Shown: one piece after another, positions 30,413-39,930 of the stretch
Numbering within the stretch: position 1 is the stretch's first letter
Layout: every line of letters starts with the position of its first letter
Source: Candidatus Heimdallarchaeota archaeon
Lineage (GTDB): Archaea > Asgardarchaeota > Heimdallarchaeia > Heimdallarchaeales > Kariarchaeaceae
Direction of reading: 5' to 3'
NCBI GenBank assembly: GCA_015523565.1
Contig: WAKA01000232.1
Span: forward strand, 25,274-89,273
Length of the DNA stretch: 64,000 nt
Position numbers and translations under genes: made by a program
Notes under the pieces: generated by a model
What the model saw: only the letters and a program-made list of their open reading frames with translations
Database searches by the model: none
Told to the model about the DNA's origin: nothing

Positions 30413-30997
30413 ATGCAGAACAATATGAGGAAATCTGACCTTCTGCTCAATGAAGTTGTTAACGTTAGGCGTGAATTAAAAGAAGTGCAAGACAAATACA
30501 GTCAAACTGTCAGTGAACTTGCTCTTCTTACTAAAGCCGATCTTGTCCCCAAAATCAAAGGACTTACGAATGGTACATCCCTTAATGCCATTCGCAAGAA
30601 TACCGAACCTGTTTTTGAAAATATTGATTCTTTGTTGTTTTCACTTCAGGAATTGCAGGTGCAAATGGATGAAATTATTCAAAACATGGACGGTTGGGAT
30701 TTTGCAGAAACAGCCCATATGAAAATACTAGAAATATTACGTGCACAAGAATCCATGCAAAATGTATTGAGAAAGGATTTGCAAAATATTGAACAGGAAC
30801 TCAATGAAAATTATGAGATTGATGACGAAAAAACCGCAAAAGAGGATGTGCTTCATTCATTGGATGATTTCCTGCTTGATTTCTCAAGATTGCAGGATTA
30901 TGTCCAGGAATACATTCCAAGAATTGAGACCCTATTTGATGAAATTGACGATGCATTAAAGACATCGATAAAATACTCTAATACTAGAGCAATTTAA
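30413..30997 (+). CDS. hypothetical coiled-coil protein
   Basis: 194 aa, E/Q/L-rich heptad-like sequence with no catalytic motif. Confidence 0.4.
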   Translation: MQNNMRKSDLLLNEVVNVRRELKEVQDKYSQTVSELALLTKADLVPKIKGLTNGTSLNAIRKNTEPVFENIDSLLFSLQELQVQMDEIIQNMDGWDFAETAHMKILEILRAQESMQNVLRKDLQNIEQELNENYEIDDEKTAKEDVLHSLDDFLLDFSRLQDYVQEYIPRIETLFDEIDDALKTSIKYSNTRAI

Positions 30998-32435
30998 GAT
31001 TTTCCTGAATTTTTCTGACAAACGATATGCCTTTTTCATTCAAGTAATTACATACTTTTTCATTTTGGCTTTCTGTAAACACTCGCATATTGTCTTCAGT
31101 TCCAGACTGCCTCAATAAAATCCATGAGCCATTGGAAAAGTCAATTCTGATTCCATCCATGGTATGAATTTTCCTGATTTGGAATTCATCCCCAAGATCT
31201 GAAACAAAATCATTTAGATGTTTCTCAATTTCTCCCATCAATTCAGACGAAACAGCTCTTGAAGATGGAGTTTTCCTCTTGAGCTGATAATATCTTGGAA
31301 ATTCCTCTGCAAGTTCATCCAATGTTTTACCTGTACTGTCCATGATGTGTAAAAGAAATATTGTGGTTGCCAAACTGTCTGGATAAAGATTGAAATCCCT
31401 GAAAAAATATTTCCCAGTTTCCTCAAAACCAAAGACTGCATTTGTCTCACGCATTTTCTGGATAATACGCGGCGCTCCGACTTGACAATATTCAAATTCA
31501 ACACCAAGTTTTGCCGCCAAATCAGAAATTATCGCTGATGTGTTGATGGGAATTACAACAGTCTCTTTTGGATTCGCCTCCCAAAAATACTTTGCAAAAA
31601 TAGCTCCTATATAATCTCCAGAAAGTATTCTCCCTTTGCCAGTAATGTAGATGACTCTGTCTCCATCATAATCCGTAGTAATTCCAAAATCAAAACTTCC
31701 TTCACGAAATGCATCCATTGTTGTGTTTAATGTTTCTGGCTTTGGTTCTGAAGGTCTTGCCTTAATCATTGGATCCATTTCAAAATTAAGATGAACTACT
31801 TTGTCAACAAGATTCGTCAATATTTTATTCATAGGCTCTCCCATTGGACCAGAAATGGTGTCGACAAGTATCTTGAAATGTTGTTTTTTCAGTTGCAATG
31901 TTTCAATCATTGAATCCAAATGAGACAAATATTCTTCTAAATATCCCGAAACAAAAGATAGGTTTCCCATCCTTTCCCAATTCTGTACCTGATGTCTATC
32001 CAACTTGATTTTACCGCGATAATAATCTCCATTTCCCAATAGCCATATTATCCCATTGTCAGAAGGTGGAAGATGGCTTCCTGTAACAATTATCCCTCCA
32101 TTATAGCCTTGGGATATCATATATCGGATTAATGCAGGAGTGGGAATTCGATCTACAATAAGGGTAATATCCAATCCCTCATATAGAAGCCCTGAAATCA
32201 ATGAAGTAATCAAAAAATCTGATGTCTTTCTTGAATCCCTTCCAACAACCATTGTTTTGCTTCCATTGTGTTTCATCCACTGTGCAATTGCTCTTCCAGC
32301 GGAAAACGTGAATTCTGGGGTAAAGTCCCGTTCTACCTTTCCTCGAATCCCTGTTGTCGAGAAATGAAATTCGAGGTCCGATTGTTGTTCCATGTCTTTT
32401 GCAATTATTTGCATTAAATAATTCTCGCGTTTCAA
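30984..32435 (-). CDS. phosphoglucomutase/phosphomannomutase family protein
   Basis: TTGIRG, active-site TGSHLP, Mg site TDYDGDRV, and sugar-binding GFEETGK. Confidence 0.8.
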   Translation of the reverse strand: MKRENYLMQIIAKDMEQQSDLEFHFSTTGIRGKVERDFTPEFTFSAGRAIAQWMKHNGSKTMVVGRDSRKTSDFLITSLISGLLYEGLDITLIVDRIPTPALIRYMISQGYNGGIIVTGSHLPPSDNGIIWLLGNGDYYRGKIKLDRHQVQNWERMGNLSFVSGYLEEYLSHLDSMIETLQLKKQHFKILVDTISGPMGEPMNKILTNLVDKVVHLNFEMDPMIKARPSEPKPETLNTTMDAFREGSFDFGITTDYDGDRVIYITGKGRILSGDYIGAIFAKYFWEANPKETVVIPINTSAIISDLAAKLGVEFEYCQVGAPRIIQKMRETNAVFGFEETGKYFFRDFNLYPDSLATTIFLLHIMDSTGKTLDELAEEFPRYYQLKRKTPSSRAVSSELMGEIEKHLNDFVSDLGDEFQIRKIHTMDGIRIDFSNGSWILLRQSGTEDNMRVFTESQNEKVCNYLNEKGISFVRKIQENLKLL

Positions 32436-32485
32436 AACCTGTTTGTATCAACAAGAATAAATGAAGAAATGTCAAACAAAATTTA

Positions 32486-33859
32486 GTGATATCTGACAAA
32501 GTATTCAAGGGAAACGACATTCGTGGAGTCTATCCTTCTGATATTGATAACCATTTTGCTGAACGTTTGGGGTGGGCAATTGCTGATTTCCTTGGCTATC
32601 AGGGAACAGTTGTTGTCTCTGGTGATGCAAGGGAAAGTACAGAACCATTGAAACAATCATTGCTTAAAGGTCTGACTGAATTGGGGATTAATGTTGTTGA
32701 CATCGGACTGGGTCCAACTCCCATGATTTATTTCACTATGGCAAATAATCATGACTTTGATCTTGGCATTGCAATCACCGCATCCCATAATCCTCCTGAA
32801 TACAATGGCTTCAAGGTTTGTAATGATAAAGGGGTTTCACTTAGCTATGAGAACTTTTTCTGGACCATCAAAGATCGAATGAAAATGGACAAGGAAAAAT
32901 TCATCTCAAAATCAAAAAAAAGTTACAGCAAAGGGAAATTGATACAAAGAATCGATCTACAGGATGAATATTTCCAATTTCTCAAAAAAGAGCTGGGTAG
33001 CATTGAACCGATAAATTTGGCAATAGAATTTGGCAACGGCAGTGCGGGTCGCTTCCGGGAATTGTTCGATTTCCCTGTTATTTCACTTCATGAAGAACCT
33101 AAAGGAAATTTCCCCCATCTTAATCCTGATCCGACAAAAGAGGATTCATACACTTTTATAAGAGAACAATTTAATCTTGAAAAATCAGAAATAGGCATTG
33201 TATTTGATGGGGACGGTGATCGAGTCGGTTTCATGGATGAAAAAGGAAGGATAATCTCCCCTGACAAAATTGTGATGATGTTTCATGATTTTCTGGAAAT
33301 TAATGGATCACCTCTAATCGTCCTTGATGTCAAAATGAGTAAGGCAACAAAAGAATATATTGAAAATAACAATGGCAAGGTTTTATTGTCAAAAGTTGGT
33401 CATTCATATATTCAAGAGTTGGTTTTGGAAGAAAAAGCCGCCCTTGCAGGGGAATTCTCTTGCCATTATTATTTTTATGACAAATACTTTGGATTTGATG
33501 ACGGATTATATAGCGCCGTCAGATTTCTAAAAATTGCCAATGAGATCAAAAAAAATGGCAAGACCGTTGCTGAATGGATTGATCAACTTCCATCATATCA
33601 TTCCACTCCAGAATATCGCATCAAAATGGATAAAGACAAACACCCCGCATTAATCAAAGAATTGAAGGAATGGGCGATTTCCGAAGGTTGCAAAATTTTG
33701 GATATTGATGGTATCAGGGCTGAATTTGACAATGGATGGTTCTTGGTTAGGAGCAGTAACACAGAACCTAAAATTTCCTATAGGATGGAAGCCAACAATG
33801 AAGCAACATTAAATTCAATAGAAAAAAAAGTCAAGGCCATAATAGCCAAATACAGTTAA
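32486..33859 (+). CDS. phosphoglucosamine/phosphomannomutase family protein
   Basis: GNDIRG, TASHNPPEYNGFK, FDGDGDRV, GEFSCH. Divergently oriented paralog of the upstream mutase. Confidence 0.8.
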   Translation: MISDKVFKGNDIRGVYPSDIDNHFAERLGWAIADFLGYQGTVVVSGDARESTEPLKQSLLKGLTELGINVVDIGLGPTPMIYFTMANNHDFDLGIAITASHNPPEYNGFKVCNDKGVSLSYENFFWTIKDRMKMDKEKFISKSKKSYSKGKLIQRIDLQDEYFQFLKKELGSIEPINLAIEFGNGSAGRFRELFDFPVISLHEEPKGNFPHLNPDPTKEDSYTFIREQFNLEKSEIGIVFDGDGDRVGFMDEKGRIISPDKIVMMFHDFLEINGSPLIVLDVKMSKATKEYIENNNGKVLLSKVGHSYIQELVLEEKAALAGEFSCHYYFYDKYFGFDDGLYSAVRFLKIANEIKKNGKTVAEWIDQLPSYHSTPEYRIKMDKDKHPALIKELKEWAISEGCKILDIDGIRAEFDNGWFLVRSSNTEPKISYRMEANNEATLNSIEKKVKAIIAKYS

Positions 33860-34170
33860 AATGTCAAAACCTCCTCTAATGTAATTAATCCTTGAGATCC
33901 AACTAAGTTTTTTAACTTAGGAAGAAACTCTCTAATGACTGCTGGCTCATCAACAATTTCAATGACTTGGGGCAATTCGTGTATTCCCCGAAGAATACTT
34001 GGCTGATAGTCCCTGTCGCCATATCCGTGAAGACATTGGATGACAACTGCCCCTATTATTCCTTCTGACTTGCATAGGTCTAAAATGTCACGGACAAGGG
34101 ATTTTCCCCTTTCTGATTTCGCCCCTCCTGATGTCCTGATCATGATTCGTAGCATCTTGCGGAATTCCAC
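33856..34170 (-). CDS. DUF190 (PII-like) protein, CrcB-associated
   Basis: 104 aa PII-like fold candidate immediately downstream of crcB and overlapping it. Confidence 0.55.
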   Translation of the reverse strand: MEFRKMLRIMIRTSGGAKSERGKSLVRDILDLCKSEGIIGAVVIQCLHGYGDRDYQPSILRGIHELPQVIEIVDEPAVIREFLPKLKNLVGSQGLITLEEVLTF

Positions 34171-34559
34171 TATAAGTTCCTCCTGATCTGGTATATTGCC
34201 AATGACTGACCAAAAAACCCTCCAAGAAAAACCAATGCCAAGGTCATGCCAAGATTCAATATTCCAAATTTTGGCTCCTCATTTCCCAATGAAAGAGTTT
34301 CCACAACAAATGTTGACATGGTCGTAAAACTTCCCATAAAACCAGTTCCCAAAAAAACTAACCAACTTGGTTCAAAAAGATTAAATCGGTTTAATGTGAA
34401 AATATATGCCAACAAGAATGACCCCAATACATTTACTGTTAAAGTTCCTATTGGAATTACCCACCAGTTTTTCATCAATCCAGAAATCCAATATCGAAAC
34501 ATGGCTCCAATCATCCCACCAATTGCTACAAGAAGGATTGGTGGCAATTTGTCAATCAT
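34170..34559 (-). CDS. crcB: fluoride ion channel CrcB/Fluc
   Basis: 129 aa, 4 TM. GTLTVNVLGSFLL and GFMGSFTTMSTF are the Fluc signature segments. Confidence 0.8.
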   Translation of the reverse strand: MIDKLPPILLVAIGGMIGAMFRYWISGLMKNWWVIPIGTLTVNVLGSFLLAYIFTLNRFNLFEPSWLVFLGTGFMGSFTTMSTFVVETLSLGNEEPKFGILNLGMTLALVFLGGFFGQSLAIYQIRRNL

Positions 34560-34604
34560 TAAGTATTGAACTTTTAGGATGCCTAAAAATATTGCTAAAT
34601 TATC

Positions 34605-36851
34605 TCATAATTTCCTGAGCAAAGAAATAAGACCAGAATTGATTGTACTCGTAATTCTCTCAAAGAATGAAGGGTTGATGATTTCATAAGTATTGTAGGT
34701 ACTTGGACAAAGCCCAAAATTCTGTGTGACCTCTGAACATACCCCGCATCCAACGCATGTATCCAACATCTGGCGAATGGTTCCCTTTCTTAATGGGTTT
34801 GGTGCATCAACTTTTGTTTCGCTGGGACATCCAATATATTCTGCACATGGCCAACAACCTTGACAAAGTCTTTCGTCTACCTGAACCTTGGGGATTTTTA
34901 CACGTTTCCCTTCTTTCAGACGTTTGGCATTGATTTTTCTTAATGTTCTCTGTTTTTCTAACATGCATTCCCCATCAGAAATTATGATTTTCAATCCCGG
35001 TTCATTCAATGCTTTCTTAATAGTTCTCTTCATCTTGTCTATTTCATAAGATGGGATGGTTTTAACCCATCTTGCACCATGTGCCTCAAAAACGTGGCTA
35101 AGATCGACTCTAGGTACCGCCTCTCCACGCATGTTCCTACCTATTTTCTTCTTAAAACCGCCAAGTTCATCTGAAATATCATAGATTGTCATCGGATTTT
35201 CTTGATCTCCAGTCATTGCTGTGTGATAATTCAAAAGAATAAACAAAAGGATGTTTGCCCCCTTTTTCTTCAATCCTTGTTCCCTGTATAACCTGTTTAA
35301 GTTATTGTGGATTGCATTGTCTATATTCCTAAACCCTCCATGGAACAATGTTCCATCGCCAAAAACAACGATTATTGGTCGTTCATACAAGTTTGCCATC
35401 CCTGATCCAACATCTAATGCAGATCCCATTCCTGTACATGAATCACTCATATTGAAAGGCGGCAATTTTGCCATGGTATAGCAACCAATGTCTATTAATC
35501 GTATGAACCTTGTATTCATCTCTTCCTCGGCACGTTTAAGGGATGCAAAAACTGGTCTTTCAGGACATCCTGTGCAGAATGACGGGGTTCTTGGTAACCA
35601 ATTGGTCAAAATTTCATTCGCAATCTGGTCATCAACCTTTTTCTTTTCTTCGAGAAATTTTTCAACAAATTGCTTTTGACCATTTAATGGTGTGTTTTCC
35701 AAGAAAAATCTTGCAACAGGAAGAATGAGTGTATCATAATTCAAGGCATCTGTTTTTGGGATATACCCCTTTTGGAATTCATTTCCTTCCTTGCCGAAGA
35801 TCGATACATTCAACCCTAAATCAAAAGCTATATTCTTGACTTCTTGTTCAATGAAATTTGGCTCTCCCTGTTCTACAATCAAAACCTTTTCCTTATCCTT
35901 CAAAAATTCCCTGATTTCAATCGGATCCAATGGAAAGATGACATTCAATGTCAAAAGGTCAAAGGCAACCTCCCCTAATGGATTTGCAAAGCCCAATTCT
36001 GTCAATGTCGTTATTAATGAATTGTATATGCCCCCATGTGTAATAATCCCTACTTTTGATGTTGAAAGGCCCTTATCAAATCTGTTAAGTTTCCTTTGGC
36101 GGATAAATTCAATTGCTTTTGGTTTCCTTTGCTTGTACTTTTCCTTGGCATGCACTAATGTATCTGGTGGTATTGGCACCCTTGACAAATCTGGTGAAAA
36201 TGTGTTTTTCTTCTTGTGAAATGAAATTTCTGGTTCCTTGTTATTCCCTACAATTGAGGTTCCTATCATGTTACTGCTTAATGACCTAAAAAGCATCATG
36301 ACTGGTTGGTTGCAAGCCTCTGAAAGTTCGAATGCATCTTTTGTTATTTTGAGAATATGTGCTGGAGAAGCGATGGGGTCGATGATGGGAAGAAAAAACC
36401 CCTTTGCATATACTTGGCTTTTCATCTGGACAGTAGTGGATATGCATTCCTCATCTTCTCCAACTAAGACGATTGCCCCCCCTTTCACTCCGCTTGAAGA
36501 TATATGTGCCAAAACATCAGAAGCTACATTTGTCCCTACAACTTTCCAATTCACAAAGCCTCTTATCGGGTCATTGATGGAAAGGTAAAGTTTCGTTGCC
36601 GCCGCCGCTTCATTTATTGAAGGTTCAAAATAGATCCCATACTTATTCAATACCATTTTCGTTGCGTCACTCAACAAATCCATGACATTGGAGGTGGGCG
36701 CCCCTGGATATCCTGCCGCGTAGCTTATTCCCGATTCCAAGCACCCCTTCAAGAAAAACATGCCCATATCTCCAGTCATTGATTCTCCTTCTTCCAATAA
36801 AAGCTGTCTTATGTCATGATCTGAATAACTTCTTCCCATTTGCTTTACCAA
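34605..36851 (-). CDS. iorA: indolepyruvate/2-oxoacid:ferredoxin oxidoreductase alpha-subunit-like (TPP enzyme with 2x[4Fe-4S])
   Basis: 748 aa. N-terminal AAGYPGAPTS as in IorA. C-terminal CQGCWPCAEYIGCP and CVGCGVCSEV...CP ferredoxin-type clusters. No iorB is adjacent. Confidence 0.55.
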   Translation of the reverse strand: MVKQMGRSYSDHDIRQLLLEEGESMTGDMGMFFLKGCLESGISYAAGYPGAPTSNVMDLLSDATKMVLNKYGIYFEPSINEAAAATKLYLSINDPIRGFVNWKVVGTNVASDVLAHISSSGVKGGAIVLVGEDEECISTTVQMKSQVYAKGFFLPIIDPIASPAHILKITKDAFELSEACNQPVMMLFRSLSSNMIGTSIVGNNKEPEISFHKKKNTFSPDLSRVPIPPDTLVHAKEKYKQRKPKAIEFIRQRKLNRFDKGLSTSKVGIITHGGIYNSLITTLTELGFANPLGEVAFDLLTLNVIFPLDPIEIREFLKDKEKVLIVEQGEPNFIEQEVKNIAFDLGLNVSIFGKEGNEFQKGYIPKTDALNYDTLILPVARFFLENTPLNGQKQFVEKFLEEKKKVDDQIANEILTNWLPRTPSFCTGCPERPVFASLKRAEEEMNTRFIRLIDIGCYTMAKLPPFNMSDSCTGMGSALDVGSGMANLYERPIIVVFGDGTLFHGGFRNIDNAIHNNLNRLYREQGLKKKGANILLFILLNYHTAMTGDQENPMTIYDISDELGGFKKKIGRNMRGEAVPRVDLSHVFEAHGARWVKTIPSYEIDKMKRTIKKALNEPGLKIIISDGECMLEKQRTLRKINAKRLKEGKRVKIPKVQVDERLCQGCWPCAEYIGCPSETKVDAPNPLRKGTIRQMLDTCVGCGVCSEVTQNFGLCPSTYNTYEIINPSFFERITSTINSGLISLLRKL

Positions 36852-36858
36852 TTTTCCT

Positions 36859-37863
36859 TTATTGAAGGATATTTTTAAACCCTATCTCTTTCGGAGAGGA
36901 TAATTCATCTTCTGAATAACCAAAATCTTTAAGCAATTGCCTCCCTATCTGGAAAGCTATCATGCTTGGAACTGCCTCCCCCACAATGTCATAAGCCTGT
37001 TCCATTGATCCCACTAACTTATGACTGTCTGGAAAAGTCATCAATCTTGCATGCTCTCGAGGTGTAAGAACCCTGTCATCAATTGGATGGATAAATCTTG
37101 ACTTTCCCATGACAACCTCTGCTGGTTTATCATATTCCAATCTGATGTAATTCCTCATTTGTTTTTTTGCCCCTCTAAAATAAACTAGTGCTTGACCTTG
37201 TGACAACCAAATGACTTTGTTCTCAAATTTTTCAGGAACAGGGACGAATTCATGCCATTCATACTTGTTGGGGTACTGTGGTGGCGGCAAATCGCCTATT
37301 GCATCTCTTACTGTTTGTACAGGAAGTCTAGGGGAAATGAGTTTCTTGTTCGAAATAAAAACCCTTGTCCTCTTTGAAGGAACTCCCCATTCATGCGCCT
37401 CTACTATGTTGAAATAAGGACTGTCTAAACCTAAACGGTCAAACTCATCAATGATAAGTTCTACATTGCCCCCCTCTAGAATTCCCATTACGTTTTCAAT
37501 TACATAGTATTCTGGATCCAAATCTGCAATGATTCTTATGGCGTGAACCATGAGCCTTCCAATTGGATCATCAAACATCCTCATATAAGGGTCTTTGATC
37601 CTTTTCTCATTCGCGGTTGTATATGGTTCACAAGGAGGTGATGCATTCACCAAAAAAGGTCTGTCTTTCCCAATCCTGTCTACTATTTCTAAAGAATGAA
37701 GTTTGCTTACATCTCCTTGAACTATTACATTTCCAAAATTTGCCTTATATGTTTGCACACAATGCCATTCTGAATCTATTGCAAACCTTGATTTCAATCC
37801 TGCTAAATGATATCCTGCAGAGGAACCTCCTCCACCAGAAAAAAGGTCGACAAAATATTCCAT
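36859..37863 (-). CDS. DNA (cytosine-5)-methyltransferase
   Basis: Motif I DLFSGGGGSS, motif IV SPPCEPYT, motif VI VIENV, motif VIII SKRTRVFI, motif X GEAVPS. No adjacent restriction endonuclease. Confidence 0.8.
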   Translation of the reverse strand: MEYFVDLFSGGGGSSAGYHLAGLKSRFAIDSEWHCVQTYKANFGNVIVQGDVSKLHSLEIVDRIGKDRPFLVNASPPCEPYTTANEKRIKDPYMRMFDDPIGRLMVHAIRIIADLDPEYYVIENVMGILEGGNVELIIDEFDRLGLDSPYFNIVEAHEWGVPSKRTRVFISNKKLISPRLPVQTVRDAIGDLPPPQYPNKYEWHEFVPVPEKFENKVIWLSQGQALVYFRGAKKQMRNYIRLEYDKPAEVVMGKSRFIHPIDDRVLTPREHARLMTFPDSHKLVGSMEQAYDIVGEAVPSMIAFQIGRQLLKDFGYSEDELSSPKEIGFKNILQ

Positions 37864-37874
37864 ATCATTATACC

Positions 37875-38033
37875 TTACTTATACTTCTTGGGTCTAAGAT
37901 TTTTAGATCTGCATCTCTTCTTTCTGCATCTTCTTGCTCCTATAGGATTGGACGCATAACATTTGCGACAAACCCATTTGTCAACCAACACACTTCTTGC
38001 TATTTCTCTATGCTCTGGATTTGCAACTGGCAT
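37875..38033 (-). CDS. rpl40e: 50S ribosomal protein L40e; not in ORF track (52 aa)
   Basis: Own translation: MPVANPEHREIARSVLVDKWVCRKCYASNPIGARRCRKKRCRSKNLRPKKYK. Shows the C-x2-C...C-x4-C zinc ribbon and basic tail typical of archaeal L40e. Confidence 0.7.
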   Translation of the reverse strand: MPVANPEHREIARSVLVDKWVCRKCYASNPIGARRCRKKRCRSKNLRPKKYK

Positions 38034-38106
38034 GATTTTCTCCTAACCTCTTATGGATCGTCCCATTAAAAAGCTCTCCTAAAGATTCCAGTGGATCATC
38101 CAGACT

Positions 38107-39930
38107 TTATCCATTCTTTTGGTAATTTCGCTCATATAATTGCCTATACAATCCGTTTTTCTGGATCAATTCATCATGGGTTCCTTTTTCAACGATTTCC
38201 CCAGCATCCATCACCAATATTTGATCCGCATTTCTGATTGTAGATAGGCGATGTGCAATGACAATGACTGTCCTTCCTTCAGATACTTTTTCCAAGGCCT
38301 TTTGTAACTTCAATTCTGAAATGGAATCCAATGAACTCGTTGCTTCATCAAGAATTAAAATATCTGGATCATGAATTAATACTCTTGCAAACGCCACAAG
38401 TTGTCTTTGTCCCATTGAGATAGATGCACCTCCCTCCATAAGTTCCGTGTGGATTCCCTCTGGCAAATTTTCAATCATACGGTTTAACCCTAAAATTCTT
38501 ACTATTTCCTCAACCCTCTCTTCATCAATATTGTCTGTACCGTAGGTAATGTTTTCAAAAATGCTTCCACTGAATAAATAAGGCGTTTGAGGGATGACGC
38601 CAATTCTTTCCCTTAAAGATTTGAAACTCACTTCCTTGATATTTTGCCCATCGATAAGTATTCTCCCATTGATTGGATCATAAAATCTGGAAAGCAATTT
38701 GATGAATGTTGATTTCCCTGCACCTGTTGGTCCCACAATTGCTGTTGTCTTCTTACCTCCCAAAAATACTGATAAATTATTGAAAATAAGGTTGTCTGTT
38801 GTATATCCAAAAGAAACATGATCAAAAATGACATCTCCTTTGTCAATGTTCAACTCTGTTGCATTGTCTTTCTCAGTTACCGAAATCGGATGGTTAAGGA
38901 ATGAGTAAATTCTTTCTAAAGAAGCAAGGGCAGATTGATACGAACTATAAAATGTGGTTAATATTATTATTGGAAAGAAAAATCTCCCCAAATATGCATT
39001 AAATGTGACTACAGTACCTACAGAATAATCTTGCGGATTCTGTCCCGTGTAAACCATCAAGATGACGGTGCTGAAAGAAGCCACCAATGAAAATAAGGGC
39101 TGAATAAGTGCAAACAATGATGTCGCTTTCATTTGAACCTCTAAGTTCTTTTTGTTGACCTGATTAAACTCCTTGACTGTTTCTTTTTCCTTGGCAAATG
39201 CTTTTGATACCTTTGCTCCTGAAATACTCTCTGCTATGCTGGATGTTACATCAGCAACAGATTTCCTCCTTGATTGAGAAACCTTTCTGATCGGCTTTCT
39301 TATGGCTATGGCGATCAGTATCATTATTGGCACTATTGAAAGGCTGATGAGTCCTAACTTTACATCCAAATAAACCATGATTGCCATAATTCCCAATAAT
39401 TGCAAAAATGCAGAAATTATGTCACTGAATGAACTTCCCAAAAAATTTGAGAGGGTTTCAACGTCGTTCGTAATTCTTGAATTTATTTGCCCAGATTTGT
39501 TCTTCTCAAAATAATCCATGGACTGGTTCATGAGTTTTCTATACATGTCCATTCTCATGTCAAATGTCGCTCCCTGCCCAACGGATGCAACTAGGTATGC
39601 GTTCGAAAAACTTAGCAACCATGCTGCGAAATAAAGGATAACCATCGTTGCTCCATCTTTCCACAAGGCTGAGATATCTCCCGTTTTCAAGTCAACATCA
39701 AAAATCCGTTTTAGATATAGCTCAGGAAGCAGACTTATTCCTGTTGAAAGAATTACAACTGTCACTGTTAAAATGACTTGATAAAGATGTTTTCTGACAT
39801 AAATCAAACTGAACTTGAGTAAATCCAAATCCGATACATCAATCTCCATGCTTCGCTTGTCTTGTGAACTTGTCCAATGCATCATTTTCCCTCCTGGATT
39901 ACTTCTTCTTTCATTCCTTTCTGCATACAA
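38107..39930 (-). CDS. ABC exporter, fused permease/ATP-binding (ABCB/MsbA-like half transporter)
   Basis: N-terminal 6-TM domain, then Walker A GPTGAGKST, signature ISMGQRQL, Walker B ILILDEATSSLD. The true start may be the ATG at 39885, which forms an ATGA overlap with the upstream stop. Confidence 0.8.
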   Translation of the reverse strand: MYAERNERRSNPGGKMMHWTSSQDKRSMEIDVSDLDLLKFSLIYVRKHLYQVILTVTVVILSTGISLLPELYLKRIFDVDLKTGDISALWKDGATMVILYFAAWLLSFSNAYLVASVGQGATFDMRMDMYRKLMNQSMDYFEKNKSGQINSRITNDVETLSNFLGSSFSDIISAFLQLLGIMAIMVYLDVKLGLISLSIVPIMILIAIAIRKPIRKVSQSRRKSVADVTSSIAESISGAKVSKAFAKEKETVKEFNQVNKKNLEVQMKATSLFALIQPLFSLVASFSTVILMVYTGQNPQDYSVGTVVTFNAYLGRFFFPIIILTTFYSSYQSALASLERIYSFLNHPISVTEKDNATELNIDKGDVIFDHVSFGYTTDNLIFNNLSVFLGGKKTTAIVGPTGAGKSTFIKLLSRFYDPINGRILIDGQNIKEVSFKSLRERIGVIPQTPYLFSGSIFENITYGTDNIDEERVEEIVRILGLNRMIENLPEGIHTELMEGGASISMGQRQLVAFARVLIHDPDILILDEATSSLDSISELKLQKALEKVSEGRTVIVIAHRLSTIRNADQILVMDAGEIVEKGTHDELIQKNGLYRQLYERNYQKNG

